From Tetramitus jugosus (Eukaryota; Protista; Heterolobosea), in NCBI GenBank assembly GCA_937625935.1, contig OW569364.1, positions 186,001 to 250,000 on the forward strand: DNA of 64,000 bases. Direction: 5' to 3'. Shown piece after piece: positions 43,668 through 55,200 of this stretch (the first letter of the stretch is position 1; every line of letters starts with the position of its first letter). The position numbers were made by a program, and so were the translations under genes. The notes under the pieces are model-generated. The model saw only the letters and a program-made list of their open reading frames with translations. It was not told the origin of the DNA and ran no database searches.

Positions 43668-44848
43668 ATGACATCAAGACTCACACTCAAACAGATCGAA
43701 ACAAAGTTCCGAGAATTAGATGAACAGGAAGGGAGGATCAACCAGTTCTACGACAAAGATAGGATTAATGACTCTACTCAGAGTGTATTTAAAGTTGTTG
43801 GAGGAGTGAAGTGCTTCAAGGAGCCAGAGTAAGTACTATGGTAATTAAACTTGTTTGGAGCGTTCTTACCAAGTTCATCCACAGTTTCTTCAATGTGCTC
43901 CAACCTAAACATGATCTTAAAGTAAGGGGAAATGGCACCAACTCCTGCGTGTTTCCAGCAACCTTTCAGAGCACCGCCAGACGTCATGTGGCGAAGAAAA
44001 AGAGTTCTTCTCACACTGGCGCTCGTTCTCTAACTACTCCTCTCATACTTAGAGAGTATGAACATCCCGAGGAGGAGCAGAAGTCACAAGCACCAGGACA
44101 GGAGAGCCATTCAAAGTTTGAAATTATGGTTAGAGCGATGGCTGAAGAATCAGCGAATCATATTGAGTCAGAGATGCATAAGAGGAGTCATAACGAAGGA
44201 CATGAAGTGAATGATGCATCTTCCACCAATGATAGTTCTACAACTCGGGAAAGAAAGAGACGATGGAAACAAAGAGATTTTTCCCTTCCAGATTTACTTC
44301 TCAATTCTCTTCAAGCATCTAAAATACCAGAAAAGACAGTAGATATCTACAAGACAAAGGGTTTCTATAACTTTTCTGTCACTATTCAATCCGGTGAATC
44401 TCTCATATCAGGTGACACTTTTTTTATGAGGGTCATCCAAGATTCCAATCCTCTGAGGACATTTTCATTCCATAATATAAGAGTCAATCCATCTAATACT
44501 TTAATATTGGAAGAACCTGATACATGTGTGTTTGACCCGGTTTCGAGATTACCTTGGGTATCCAAACCCGAAGATTTACTAGGGTGCTCATTGCTAGTGG
44601 AGGTGTTTACAGAGGGAGTTACACAAAGGAAGGTTGCTGAAAGTGTGGTCAAATATGAAAGAACAAATGACAGTTCACAGAAGAGAATTTACTACGGATC
44701 CTCAATGGTATCCCAAGCTGAAATTCTTACCGACGAACGAGAAGATACCTCTATACATGAACACTCGCTGTCCCCCCTGTCTCTCAAAAGGGAAGAGCTT
44801 CGGAAACTTAGAATTCAAATGAGGAATAACATGAAGGGGGTGAATTAA
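43668..44848 (+). CDS. Hypothetical protein, possible C-terminal C2-like domain; 2 exons (43668-43828, 43885-44848)
   Basis: Intron 43829-43884 (GTAAGT..CAG) links ATG 43668 in frame to the listed ORF (KEPD|FFNV). Confidence 0.7.
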
Positions 44849-45036
44849 ATGATTGTACAGTCAAGCCAGGGAAATTCTTTTTGTTTGAACTGGGTCAATA
44901 CTGTTTCCAAGCGGATATCTCTCTTGCTTATTTTTACAGTCCCAATTTCTCCATCAAGAACCTGAATCACCAATAAAATCAGTTCTATAAGACACCACTC
45001 AATCATTTAGTTTAAGTAAAATTCAATCCCACAAAA

Positions 45037-47187
45037 ATGGGAGTGAATGTTTCTCGTCATTCTCTCCATTTTGTCAAGTCTTCTTGCGATGCAAATAGCA
45101 AGGATAAAGACGAAGAGTACGACAGCAACAAAGGAGGAACCACTATCGAACTCCCTCCCCTTTCAAATGCTCATAAGATCAGCAAAGAGTTAGTTGTGGT
45201 CCCAAATTCCATTCATCGAAGTTTCATTCATCGTGGTTACAACTCATTCGATTGTCTTGATCATTATGCAAGAAAACCGGAACACTCGAGGCATCAAATC
45301 CGTCGAGCGAGTGAACCCGAAGAAAAGATCCCCTTGATCTACAACCAGCACATTAACAAGAGAAGGAATCCCGAACTATCAAGTTTGAATGTTTCACCAA
45401 AGTCTACTCCAATTCATATCATTGATAACCCAAACACTCCGATCCGAAACATACTGATACCTCATCAAGGTGTGGTCGATGGATCAGATACAGGAAAGGA
45501 ATTGACAAATGACACAGATACTCGCTATGAGGAAGTCCCGTCGAGCGTTTCATTGCCGAACTCACCGATCGGAAGCCATACTGTACACTACAATAAGATT
45601 GTATCTTCTCGATCACGATTTCTTTCTATTAAGAAACCATTTGTAAGTATGAACTGTGAAAATGATGACAGACTCATTGGGTATCGTAGAAGTGGAGGAC
45701 AAGGAGCTTCTCCCGTCGTTAATTTACCATGGAATAGATCAAGATATCCAGAAGAGGAGAAACTGTTACGAAATAGACTAAGATCAAAATCGATGATTCA
45801 TTCAGCGCCTAGATCCACTGAGCCTGCCGACCTTAACAGAAAATACCGATCAACGAGGACAGAATTTAATGAAACCAGAACTCTGACAAAAAGTAGGGAT
45901 AAAGATGGTCGAAAAACACTAAACCAGTACTCCATGCTTCGATTATTGGGCACAGGAAATTTTGGAAAAGTGAAATTGGGGAGTGATGTAAACAATGGAG
46001 AGTTAGTTGCAATTAAAATAATACGAAAATCTAATCTCAAGGATAAACGAAGGAACGGTTGTCCAAACGAACGAGAGATGAATTGTGTTGCAAGAGAAAT
46101 ATCGATTTTGAGGAGTTTAGAGCATGAAAATGTTGTCACCCTTAAGGAAGTGATTGACGATCCCATTGAAGAAAAACTGTATCTAGTCTTCGAGTATGTC
46201 GATGGTGGTGTGCTCAGAGAAGTGAAGATGGATGGTAGTGTAGAAGCAGAACCTATGCCTGAAAATTCAGCTCGTACCTATTTTGTACAACTTCTAAAGG
46301 GACTCCAGTATCTTCATTCTAATCAAATACTGCACAGAGATATCAAACCTTCGAACATATTAATTTCGAAGAGTGGATGTTTGAAGATCAGTGATTTTGG
46401 AGTGTCGCGATCTTTCTCTGGTATTGACGATACGTGTTCAGATAGTCTTGGAACGCCAGCTTTCCTTCCCCCTGAAGCTTGTGGGGTCGGAATTGTCTCT
46501 GGCAGATCTGCTGATGTTTGGTCTTGTGGAGTCACTCTATTCACGATGATATTCGGGGAAGTTCCTTTCAAGGGAAGTGGAATAGGTCCTGGTAAATTGT
46601 TCTCTCTCTACCAGGCAATCCAACACTCTCCCATTCAACTTCCTTTCGATGTAACTGAGGAGTTAAAAGATCTCTTTCGAAGAGTGTTCGCAAAGGAACC
46701 ATCTCTCCGAATATCTTTGGAGGAATTGTTAGTTCATCCATGGGTTATCATGGATCAATCTTCGCTAAATGTTGAAAAACTTGAAGTAGTTGCTTCCTCA
46801 GAAGGGTGTTACTCCATTGAATCAGAAACTAAAATTCCTCTCATTGATCGATTCGTTCTCATTACTCAATTGAAGGGGAGGATGGCGGAAAAGAAAAAAT
46901 CCTTGAATTCCAAGCTCAAGGATTCATCGAATTCAGTTAGTAACAAAGTGTGTTTAGAACCCTTATCTCCCCGACCAGGAAAGAGCAGTTTTGATAGTAG
47001 TGTGTACGAAGGAAACTCGCCTGTCGAGTGTACTCTCCCCTCTCCTTTATGTTCTACAAGCTATGTAGTCCCTGATCCGCCAGTAGGACGACACTTATCT
47101 CCTCTCAGTCTTCCTCCCATGTCAATTTTTGAACATCTGGCCATTCCATCCCATGGCCAACCAACCTTTCAAGAGAAAGTGGATTGA
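45037..47187 (+). CDS. CaMKK/SNF1-activating-kinase-like Ser/Thr kinase
   Basis: LNQY..LGTGNFGKVKL, AIK, EVIDDP..KLYLVFEY, HRDIKPSN, DFG, GTPAFLPPE. Confidence 0.92.
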   Translation: MGVNVSRHSLHFVKSSCDANSKDKDEEYDSNKGGTTIELPPLSNAHKISKELVVVPNSIHRSFIHRGYNSFDCLDHYARKPEHSRHQIRRASEPEEKIPLIYNQHINKRRNPELSSLNVSPKSTPIHIIDNPNTPIRNILIPHQGVVDGSDTGKELTNDTDTRYEEVPSSVSLPNSPIGSHTVHYNKIVSSRSRFLSIKKPFVSMNCENDDRLIGYRRSGGQGASPVVNLPWNRSRYPEEEKLLRNRLRSKSMIHSAPRSTEPADLNRKYRSTRTEFNETRTLTKSRDKDGRKTLNQYSMLRLLGTGNFGKVKLGSDVNNGELVAIKIIRKSNLKDKRRNGCPNEREMNCVAREISILRSLEHENVVTLKEVIDDPIEEKLYLVFEYVDGGVLREVKMDGSVEAEPMPENSARTYFVQLLKGLQYLHSNQILHRDIKPSNILISKSGCLKISDFGVSRSFSGIDDTCSDSLGTPAFLPPEACGVGIVSGRSADVWSCGVTLFTMIFGEVPFKGSGIGPGKLFSLYQAIQHSPIQLPFDVTEELKDLFRRVFAKEPSLRISLEELLVHPWVIMDQSSLNVEKLEVVASSEGCYSIESETKIPLIDRFVLITQLKGRMAEKKKSLNSKLKDSSNSVSNKVCLEPLSPRPGKSSFDSSVYEGNSPVECTLPSPLCSTSYVVPDPPVGRHLSPLSLPPMSIFEHLAIPSHGQPTFQEKVD

Positions 47188-47438
47188 ACTATCGATTAAG
47201 TTTTTCTTTTATTTATACGCACAATACAGCAGTTCGATCCACAATGTCAACTACAATAAACCCTCCTACTGTTACGAATCATATGAACTGTCAATGACTT
47301 GAATAACACTCCCCTCCTGAGATTGTGTCGAAATATGTTAGTGTTACAATACATGAATCTATGCCTGATCAATCAATACACGTAGGAATAGAAAATTACG
47401 ATTCTTGTTGGTCGTCGTTATCATTCCCCGGCAAGAAC

Positions 47439-48086
47439 TTAAGCTCTATTCTTGAGAGTCGAAACTTTTTCTTTTCTGTTTAAAGCGTCCTTGATCTCAT
47501 AATAGAAAGCGAGCTTGAGATTGGTAGCATGTGGTCCGTATGGATAAGTCCATGACATGATTGGATTTCTCGTTTGTTGAGCATCTCGTCCATCACGAAT
47601 CAGCATGAAAGGATTGGGGTTGCCTCTGAGGAAAGTGGGCTGCGAATCAAATAGGGTGTAAAAGGTTAAAAAGGAAACGCCAAGCAAAATGGCAAGCGTA
47701 GCAGGAACAGCAACAATCATGACACCAAACTCGGAGACGTAGTGCAATGGTTGTCCATCTCTGACCTCCTCCGGCTTCAAGTCAAGTTTGTAGTTTGGAT
47801 CTTCATAAACACCAGTAAGTGTGTCCAAATAGCCAGCGTTGGCCCACTTCTTTGCAGATTGATACTCTCGGACACGAACAGAATCCATCAGACGATGGTT
47901 GCCAATGATACTGTTGTGCGAGTAATTGTTCAGCAACAATGAACTCTTCTTATTGATGTTGGGCTTGTTATTGACACTCATGTGGATGGATCTCTTGAAC
48001 ATGGCTAACAGAACAAGATTGTTCATGTGTCGTCTGTTGAATCGAGCGTGGTGGGCAACAGGTAAACTTCGGTTGACAAGAGACAT
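47439..48086 (-). CDS. Probable mitochondrial single-TM protein (NDUFA4/B12D-like?)
   Basis: Arg-rich presequence-like N-terminus, one TM helix followed by GNPNPF; family call is weak. Confidence 0.6.
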   Translation of the reverse strand: MSLVNRSLPVAHHARFNRRHMNNLVLLAMFKRSIHMSVNNKPNINKKSSLLLNNYSHNSIIGNHRLMDSVRVREYQSAKKWANAGYLDTLTGVYEDPNYKLDLKPEEVRDGQPLHYVSEFGVMIVAVPATLAILLGVSFLTFYTLFDSQPTFLRGNPNPFMLIRDGRDAQQTRNPIMSWTYPYGPHATNLKLAFYYEIKDALNRKEKVSTLKNRA

Positions 48087-48587
48087 GATGTTGGTAATGT
48101 ACAAAGTAGTAGGATATATATTACAAGAGAGTGGCGTTGGTTTGTTTGTTTGTTGTAGGTTTGATGGGTCTCAGAGTATGCAGCTAGCACCAGAAAAAAG
48201 AGCTTGTCTGATGGCGACTACAATAATAGTTGGATCACAGTCGGACAGCGACATTCCAAAAGGGGTGTCTGAAAGTTCTTTTTTTACACATTGGAAGACA
48301 AACCGTCAACTCCTCGCCCTTGTCACAAAGAAGCATGCGTGTTCATAAGCACACCAAAAACTCTGGCCTTGCCTCTTCGTTTTGTTTCTTAGCCTCTCGA
48401 AGGAGAATTACAATTATTTTACCGACTCGTTGTAACCTTGTTGTAAATTTCCATCGAAACTCAATCTATTATTAACTTGATCAAGCTGACGGAGGAAAAC
48501 AGAGGCAGCAAAAATTTGCAATCTCCAAAACAAACATCGCAAATCGATCCATAAACAACAACGCACGCCACTATTCAGTAAATAACA

Positions 48588-49440
48588 ATGGGCAGATTTG
48601 AACCATACCAAAACAACGGAGGAACAACACTCGCAATTCCCGGCAAGGATTTTGTTGTCGTCGCTGGTGATACTCGTTTATCACTCGGATATTCGATTCA
48701 AACCAGACATTCAACCAAATTATGTAAACTGTATGTTATTGCCATTTGTTTTGATTTCTCACTCATTTGCCGTTCCTCCTTTATTGAAGAAACTAACACA
48801 CATCATTTCTTGTTTTGACTGAATTTGTTGTTGATCTCTATCCAATCAATATGAACGATGAATCATAATAATCACACACACACACGATATACGGTCATTT
48901 TATTTTCTGCGTACGTACAATAGTACTGAAAAGTGTGTCATTAGCACAGCTGGAATGCAATCTGATGCGGCCACATTGCACAAAACAATGAAAACTCGTC
49001 TAACGCACTACCAATTTCAACACAACAAACCAATGAGCACTGTTGCTGTTGGTCAAATGCTGATGAACATGTTGTATCAGAGAAGATTCTTCCCATACTA
49101 CACTTTCAATATGGTGGCAGGATTGGATGATGAAGGCAGAGGAGTTGTGTACAGTTATGATGCCATTGGTTCCTATCAGTCTGTCGATGCTGGAGCCTCC
49201 GGTACAGGTCAATCATTGATTCAACCATTGTTGGACAGTCAAAAATCATTCAGAAATCAATTGTTGGTACCAAAGTATGGATCAGACAATTTGTCACTCG
49301 AACAAGCAAAGACACTGGTGAAGGATGCATTCACGAGTGCTGGCGAGAGAGATATTTACACTGGTGATTCTGTCGAGATTGTCATCATTTCAAAAGACGG
49401 TGGATATCAAACCGAAACACTAGAACTCAAGAGAGATTAA
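48588..49440 (+). CDS. PSMB1: 20S proteasome subunit beta-6 (PSMB1/Pre7), 2 exons (48588-48730, 48924-49440)
   Basis: [37 protein letters not shown]; intron 48731-48923 GTATGT..TAG. Confidence 0.97.
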
Positions 49441-49641
49441 AAGATCACGCGATATCAAAGTTTTCTTTTATTTTTTTGAGTGCTTGAAAGAGGGAAGGTA
49501 CAAGTACCTCTCCTCTCGATTAATCCTGATAATAATCTATGTGTATAAAAAAAAGTTTGACCATTGTATACTCAATCGTTATTGGATTTTGTTTGAAGCT
49601 TCACCAGAAACTCGCACAAAAACCATGCTGAAAATCAAAAA

Positions 49642-50538
49642 ATGAACATCACCAGAACAACAACAAGTATTCTGAAGAGAAATTTGCGGCACCGGTGCGG
49701 TTCGAGACTTGCAACGCACATGGTCACTCATCAGTCATCATCCATGATGGTGGTTTCATCCCACTCCTTTCACACTCGACGACAACATCTGTTGATGACA
49801 TGTTCAGCACCAACACCAACAACAACAACCCATGATGGCTCTTCCGACAAGAGAACTGTTCCCAATTACAGCAGTTCGAGAAGATCATCACAAGTAGAAC
49901 TCGGTTTTCAATTCGAGAAAGAAACAGTGCAATTGTTGAATGGCAAGTATGGATTTCATGTGAAGAACACGTCGAAGCAATCTCATGATCAAGGTGTTGA
50001 TTTCTATGGAACGTGGAGAGTAAGTCACTCTGACAACAACAATAACACTCCCAAAATGGTTCATATACTGGGTCAGTGCAAGCGGGAGTCCAAATCCATC
50101 AGTGTCAGTCACATTAGAGAACTACAGGGAACACTCTCACAGTTCAACAATCAACAATTGACTGTGTCGTCTGATGTTGTTGGTGATGCTTCTTCATGTT
50201 CAACTCTCTCGACAACAACGACCGATACGAACTATAACAACAATGAGAAACGATATATCGGAATGTTGGTGAGTGATCAGTTGGGATTTTCTATTCATGC
50301 CACTCGTTTTGCGCAACAGTGCTCGGATGGTATCATTCTTTGCACTGTTGATACCCGGAATTGTAGTCTCATCCATTTTGTAATGAATGGAGCTGCGCGG
50401 CAAATGATTGGATCTCAGTTGGTCCCTGCAATGGAACGGACAGAAAGTGGCACCAAATGCATTGTCTTTTATGAAACTGTCACTGGATTAAAAAATGAAG
50501 AGGATGTATATCAAACAACAATCATACCGTTGGTATAG
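49642..50538 (+). CDS. RRG7-like mitochondrial PD-(D/E)XK (Mrr-type) nuclease-fold protein
   Basis: GFQFE...DQGVDFYGTW...GQCK...IRELQG...GMLVS motif order; presequence-like N-terminus. Confidence 0.75.
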   Translation: MNITRTTTSILKRNLRHRCGSRLATHMVTHQSSSMMVVSSHSFHTRRQHLLMTCSAPTPTTTTHDGSSDKRTVPNYSSSRRSSQVELGFQFEKETVQLLNGKYGFHVKNTSKQSHDQGVDFYGTWRVSHSDNNNNTPKMVHILGQCKRESKSISVSHIRELQGTLSQFNNQQLTVSSDVVGDASSCSTLSTTTTDTNYNNNEKRYIGMLVSDQLGFSIHATRFAQQCSDGIILCTVDTRNCSLIHFVMNGAARQMIGSQLVPAMERTESGTKCIVFYETVTGLKNEEDVYQTTIIPLV

Positions 50539-50923
50539 GATAGATTGCGAAGGAATTTATCTGATGATGCGAAAGCTCCTTCAAGAACGGCACAATTAAG
50601 CTGAATCGGCGCATTCAAGAATAACTCCTCCATTTGATCCGTCCAATACCAAAATCCCGGGAATTTTTGTCCGATGAACGAACGACATCCAAAAAAGCCA
50701 TCCTTCCTTTCACACCAGAAAATAGAAGTCGATTCACTGCACAAGAAAATTGGAAAGAGTGAAAGCGTCTGAAGAGTTTGTGCACAAACGATTTCGTACA
50801 AAAAGAAGAGAGTATCACACATTGAAACGACGATTCTGACCAGACTTTCATATAAACAACAATATTGTGTCAGGCACAACACAACTACAACAACAACCAC
50901 AATAATCAACCTAATATCAAAAT

Positions 50924-52039
50924 ATGCCAGGAGGTGTTCATTATCTACTGGGATTGTTTCTCATTTACTTTTTCAGCATTTTCAACAACAACAACAATAA
51001 TCAACAACAACAAAAGAAATCAAATCATGATGATGACTCTTCAGCTGAAGAAACATCCATCATCAATGCCATCTCCCATTCACATCAATACTTTAAGGTC
51101 GGTCTAGTCTTCGGTTCTGTTGTTCCTGATATCGATGTTCTGGTGGCTGTTGCTGCCATTATTTACTCTTATCTCATGGGTGGAACAACCAATGATTTTG
51201 TTGAGATTGCCGATCTTGTTCACAGAAGTGCGACTCATACGTTGCTCCTGTGGGTGCCCATGGTGATTTTCACTGTTTTATTATCTGGTGCCATCACTGC
51301 ATGCATCAACAATGCACGATCGTGCACATCCAACGATCAACAAACAAGTCGTCGTAACAGAAGCAGTAGCAATACCAGCGTTGCAACTGATAGTATAAGG
51401 AGTGGACGATCGAATAGTAATGTGAGTCATCGTCATCATCCTCGCAGTGAGGATCAAGTCAGTATCGTTAAAAGCAAACGAGTGTTGCAACTAGAAAAGT
51501 GTCATTGTTGGGTTCAATTTGCACTCGGACTGTCTATCGGTGCTATTGTTCACGTATTGGCTGATACCATCTATCTCAAGGGTGTAAAAATGATGTGGCC
51601 ATGGACACAGAAGGTGTTCTTCTATGAATTGCCTCAGTTGCATCTCTTTCACATCTATTACTATCATCCATACACTCAGAAAATTTTCTTTGTGATTGAT
51701 CATTGCTCAGAGATTGTATTTTATTTGATACTTATCATGTACACTCACATGGACCAAAACACTTTATTCAAGCTCAAGTGTGTTTGCTATGTTCAATTCT
51801 CTGCGAATTTTATATGCTTTTTGATTGATCGATTCCTGGATATGCAATTCCATAATTTTGTCATCTTGCTCTATTTCCCAGGTGTACCATTCTTGGCCAT
51901 TAGTGTATCGATACCGTTGCTCATGGCGCCACAGATTGGTAACTTTGAATGGTCCAGAGTTTTCTCATTCTCCAAGAAAACGAGCACGAGTGCATTCTCC
52001 AGCATTGGAGCTCAAAAACCAGCGTGTAAAACATTATAA
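50924..52039 (+). CDS. YdjM-like membrane metal-dependent hydrolase
   Basis: N-terminal His, GSVVPDID, HRSATHTLL, HVLAD motifs with several TM segments. Confidence 0.8.
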   Translation: MPGGVHYLLGLFLIYFFSIFNNNNNNQQQQKKSNHDDDSSAEETSIINAISHSHQYFKVGLVFGSVVPDIDVLVAVAAIIYSYLMGGTTNDFVEIADLVHRSATHTLLLWVPMVIFTVLLSGAITACINNARSCTSNDQQTSRRNRSSSNTSVATDSIRSGRSNSNVSHRHHPRSEDQVSIVKSKRVLQLEKCHCWVQFALGLSIGAIVHVLADTIYLKGVKMMWPWTQKVFFYELPQLHLFHIYYYHPYTQKIFFVIDHCSEIVFYLILIMYTHMDQNTLFKLKCVCYVQFSANFICFLIDRFLDMQFHNFVILLYFPGVPFLAISVSIPLLMAPQIGNFEWSRVFSFSKKTSTSAFSSIGAQKPACKTL

Positions 52040-52271
52040 GATCTCGCCGAAGTCGTGATTCATTTATAAAAATTTGTATGATGAGGGATATCACTACTAT
52101 GAAACCTCAATTCCAACCACATGGCCGATGATGAGGGTGCTCAAGCTCGAAACTCTCCCGCCGATCGGCGGTTGTCTACGGTTTCAAAAAACAACTTTGG
52201 GAACCCAATTGCTGCAATAAAAATTGTGGACAAACATTTCTGCAATTTGAAAGACACTTTGTTACAGAGGA

Positions 52272-55200
52272 ATGCCAGAAGAAGACAAGTCAAAGTTACC
52301 TCCAATTGATGAGCGACAAGCTTGGATTGAAAAACATGTACGAACAAGCTTCAAATTGACAGAGAAGGATTTAAAGAAGCTCGTGGAGACAGATGATTAC
52401 AAGTATGTATCTTTGATCTATCTGTCTTTAGTTTTCAGCTTTCTAACTGAAAGAAATGATTCACGATAGGAAATCGGTTCAAATTTTCTTAGAAACTGCT
52501 GATACTCGCTGTTTGTTCTTCTTCTTTTCGGATACTTCCCCCAATGCTCTATCTCTCTCCCTTACTCCTCCTGGTGTTTCTCTGAAGAAAACCTTCTTTG
52601 TAATGAAAACATCCAAGACGAAGATTACTCAAGAGAATATTGTGAATGTGTGTGTATTTGGAGATATAGATTCACAACCTCTCCAAAGCTTGGATTTACT
52701 CGCAAGAGATGTTGTACTTCCAGTGATAAACGATAGTGATAAGGATGAAAAAGTCAGAAGTTTCTTTGGAAAGTTTTTAAGCAATATTTATGTTACCATA
52801 GGTCAAACAGAAGGAAAAACTCTTCTACCTCTCCCCCTGGAGCTAAACGAAGACGGGGAGCAGGAAGATTCTAAAAAAGAAAATGAAAGAGGAAAGGATA
52901 GAATTCACACTCTAGAAACAGCACTAGTAACTTGGACAAACCAAATTAAAGAAGTGTTGAAGGATGATCCGGAAAGTTTATTCAAAACGATTAAGCACCC
53001 TGGACCTCTCGATGAAGTGGCCTTCTGGAAGCGCAAGCATCGAGATCTAGTGTCGATCAGAGGTCAACTACAGTCTACTCAAATTCAAGCAATACTAAAC
53101 TCTTTACGGAACACTAATTCGACATACATACCAGCTTTTGAAAAGTTGATGAAGGATGTTGATGATGCAATTTTCGAATCAGAGCAGTCAGATAAATTTT
53201 TAAACCCTTTGGTCTCTTATTTTGAAAAGATACAATGGGAAAGCTCTGGAAAAGCTGAATGGAATGAACTCGCCTCGGTGTTCAGAAGTTTATTCCACTT
53301 AATTTGGTTAGTTTGGAAAAACTGTGAATCCTACCGACAACCAAAACGACTTGTCACTTTGATTCGTGAAATTTGCAACAATTTAATAGATCATGCAAGA
53401 TTCCAAGTAGGAGGAAAGGAGATATTCACGGGTGAAATTTCTGAATCTATATTGAAACTTACTTCAGTGTTATCTGTATGTGCACTTTTTAAGAAGTATT
53501 ACTTTGCGTATAAATCATTCACTAGGGAAAGAATGCCAAAACATCCATGGAGAATTCAACCCAATGCGCTCTTCCACAGACTAGACAACTTTTTAGAGAG
53601 AGTGAGAGATTGCTTGGAGGTTTGTGAATTGGTAAGACTATTCGAAAAATTGGCAATCATAGAAGTTGGTGGTACTAAGGGTGAATCCTTGACGAGAGAA
53701 ATCCGAGAAATTCACAGAGATTTCCAGAGACAGTTCCAACAATTCAAGGAGATTGACTATGATGCATTGGATATTGACATGAAAAAGTTTGACGAAACCT
53801 TTTACAAATTCAAGTCAACCACAAAGGAGTGCGAGAGGAAAATAGGCTCAATCCTGTCCAAAGGTTTTGAAGACTGCAATACGATTTTCAGCGCGTTCAA
53901 GCTCATTGAAAGCTTCCAATCTCTGTTGCAGCGTGAAATAATTCAACAAGAATTAGAAAAAAAACAAAATGACCTTGTCCTGTCCTACAAGAGAGATCTA
54001 AAGACTGTCCAACAACTCTTTCAGGAGAAGAAGGATAATCCACCATTGTATCACAACACACCCCCAACAGCTGGTGCACTCTTGTGGTCCCAAGGATTGA
54101 TTGACCGAACAGATGATCCAATGAACCGGCTCAAACAGTTCAACGATTCTGTTTTTAAAACTCTCGAGGGAAAGGAGTGTGTGACTCTTCATGAAAGTAT
54201 TCTTGTCAACATTAGAAAGTATCAAAATCAAAAGTACACCGAGTGGGCCCAAGAAATAAGTGCTATTTCGAATGAGAAGTTGAACCAGTATCTATTAGGA
54301 AAAGCAAGTGATAATATGCTATTTGTGAACTTTGATTCAGCCCTTGTTCGGTTGCTTAGAGAGGTCAGTTACCTGGATAAGTTGAATACGCACCACAGTT
54401 CTGATTTGCAAATTCCACAAGAGGCTCTTGATATCTTTGAGAAAGCAGAAACATTTAGAACCCAAACAGGAAGTTTGAGTATAATTGTAAATATGTACAA
54501 CAACATGCAATTGACAATGTTGGATGTGGAAAAACCATTGCTCTTATCGCAGTTACGAACCATTGATCAAAAACTAGAAAGAGGATTGTCGAGCCTCAAC
54601 TGGAATTCTCTATCTATTGATGCGTTTACAACAGAGAGTTTTGAACTTGCTAAGCGTGCAAGTACCATGTTACAAACATTGAAGGGTTGTATTGAAGAGA
54701 TACAGAAGATTTTGGCAAAATGGGAGAGATCTCCAATGTTTGTCAGAAAGGAAACTAGAACTCTCACTCTCATGGAGTTCAAGGGCCGATACACTGAAAT
54801 GAAGAACCTATGTGAGAAGAATATTCGAAAAGGAGGTGAGACGATTCATAAACAGCTTCAACAATCATTCGCTGCATTGAATGGAGAAGTTGTCGAAACA
54901 TCAGTAGAATGGAAAAATTATGTTGCTTATGCTGATGCCATTGTAATTGAGGGTCTGACGAAGACGGTATTGGCATCAATGAATGCAATAAGAGAGCAGC
55001 TAGATGAGTCATATCTGGCGAAGAATGAGTTATCGCCGTTTTTGGAAATCAATTTGAAGTTGGAGGCTGAAAAAACAACAGTTTTTAAACCTCATTTAAG
55101 CGTCGAGCATGGACAAGAGCCAGATTATTCCATAGGGCAAATCATTGATGGATGGTTTGACGATTTTCTATCCATCTGTGGTCTTGTACCTCGGCTGGAC

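Noticed and set aside
47228-47245. GTTCGATCC B-box/tRNA T-loop-like motif
   Set aside because: No cloverleaf stems or A-box around it.
50560-50610. Possible C/D snoRNA (CTGATGA...CTGA) with a 9-nt match to a conserved 18S segment
   Set aside because: Only about 45 nt, match not adjacent to the D box, no terminal stem; the spacer could equally be decayed coding sequence.
52121-52309. 62-aa ORF and X-box-like GTTGTCTACGGTTTC upstream of dynein
   Set aside because: ORF overlaps the dynein start out of frame with no recognisable motif; the site deviates from the RFX consensus and is not shared with IFT88.
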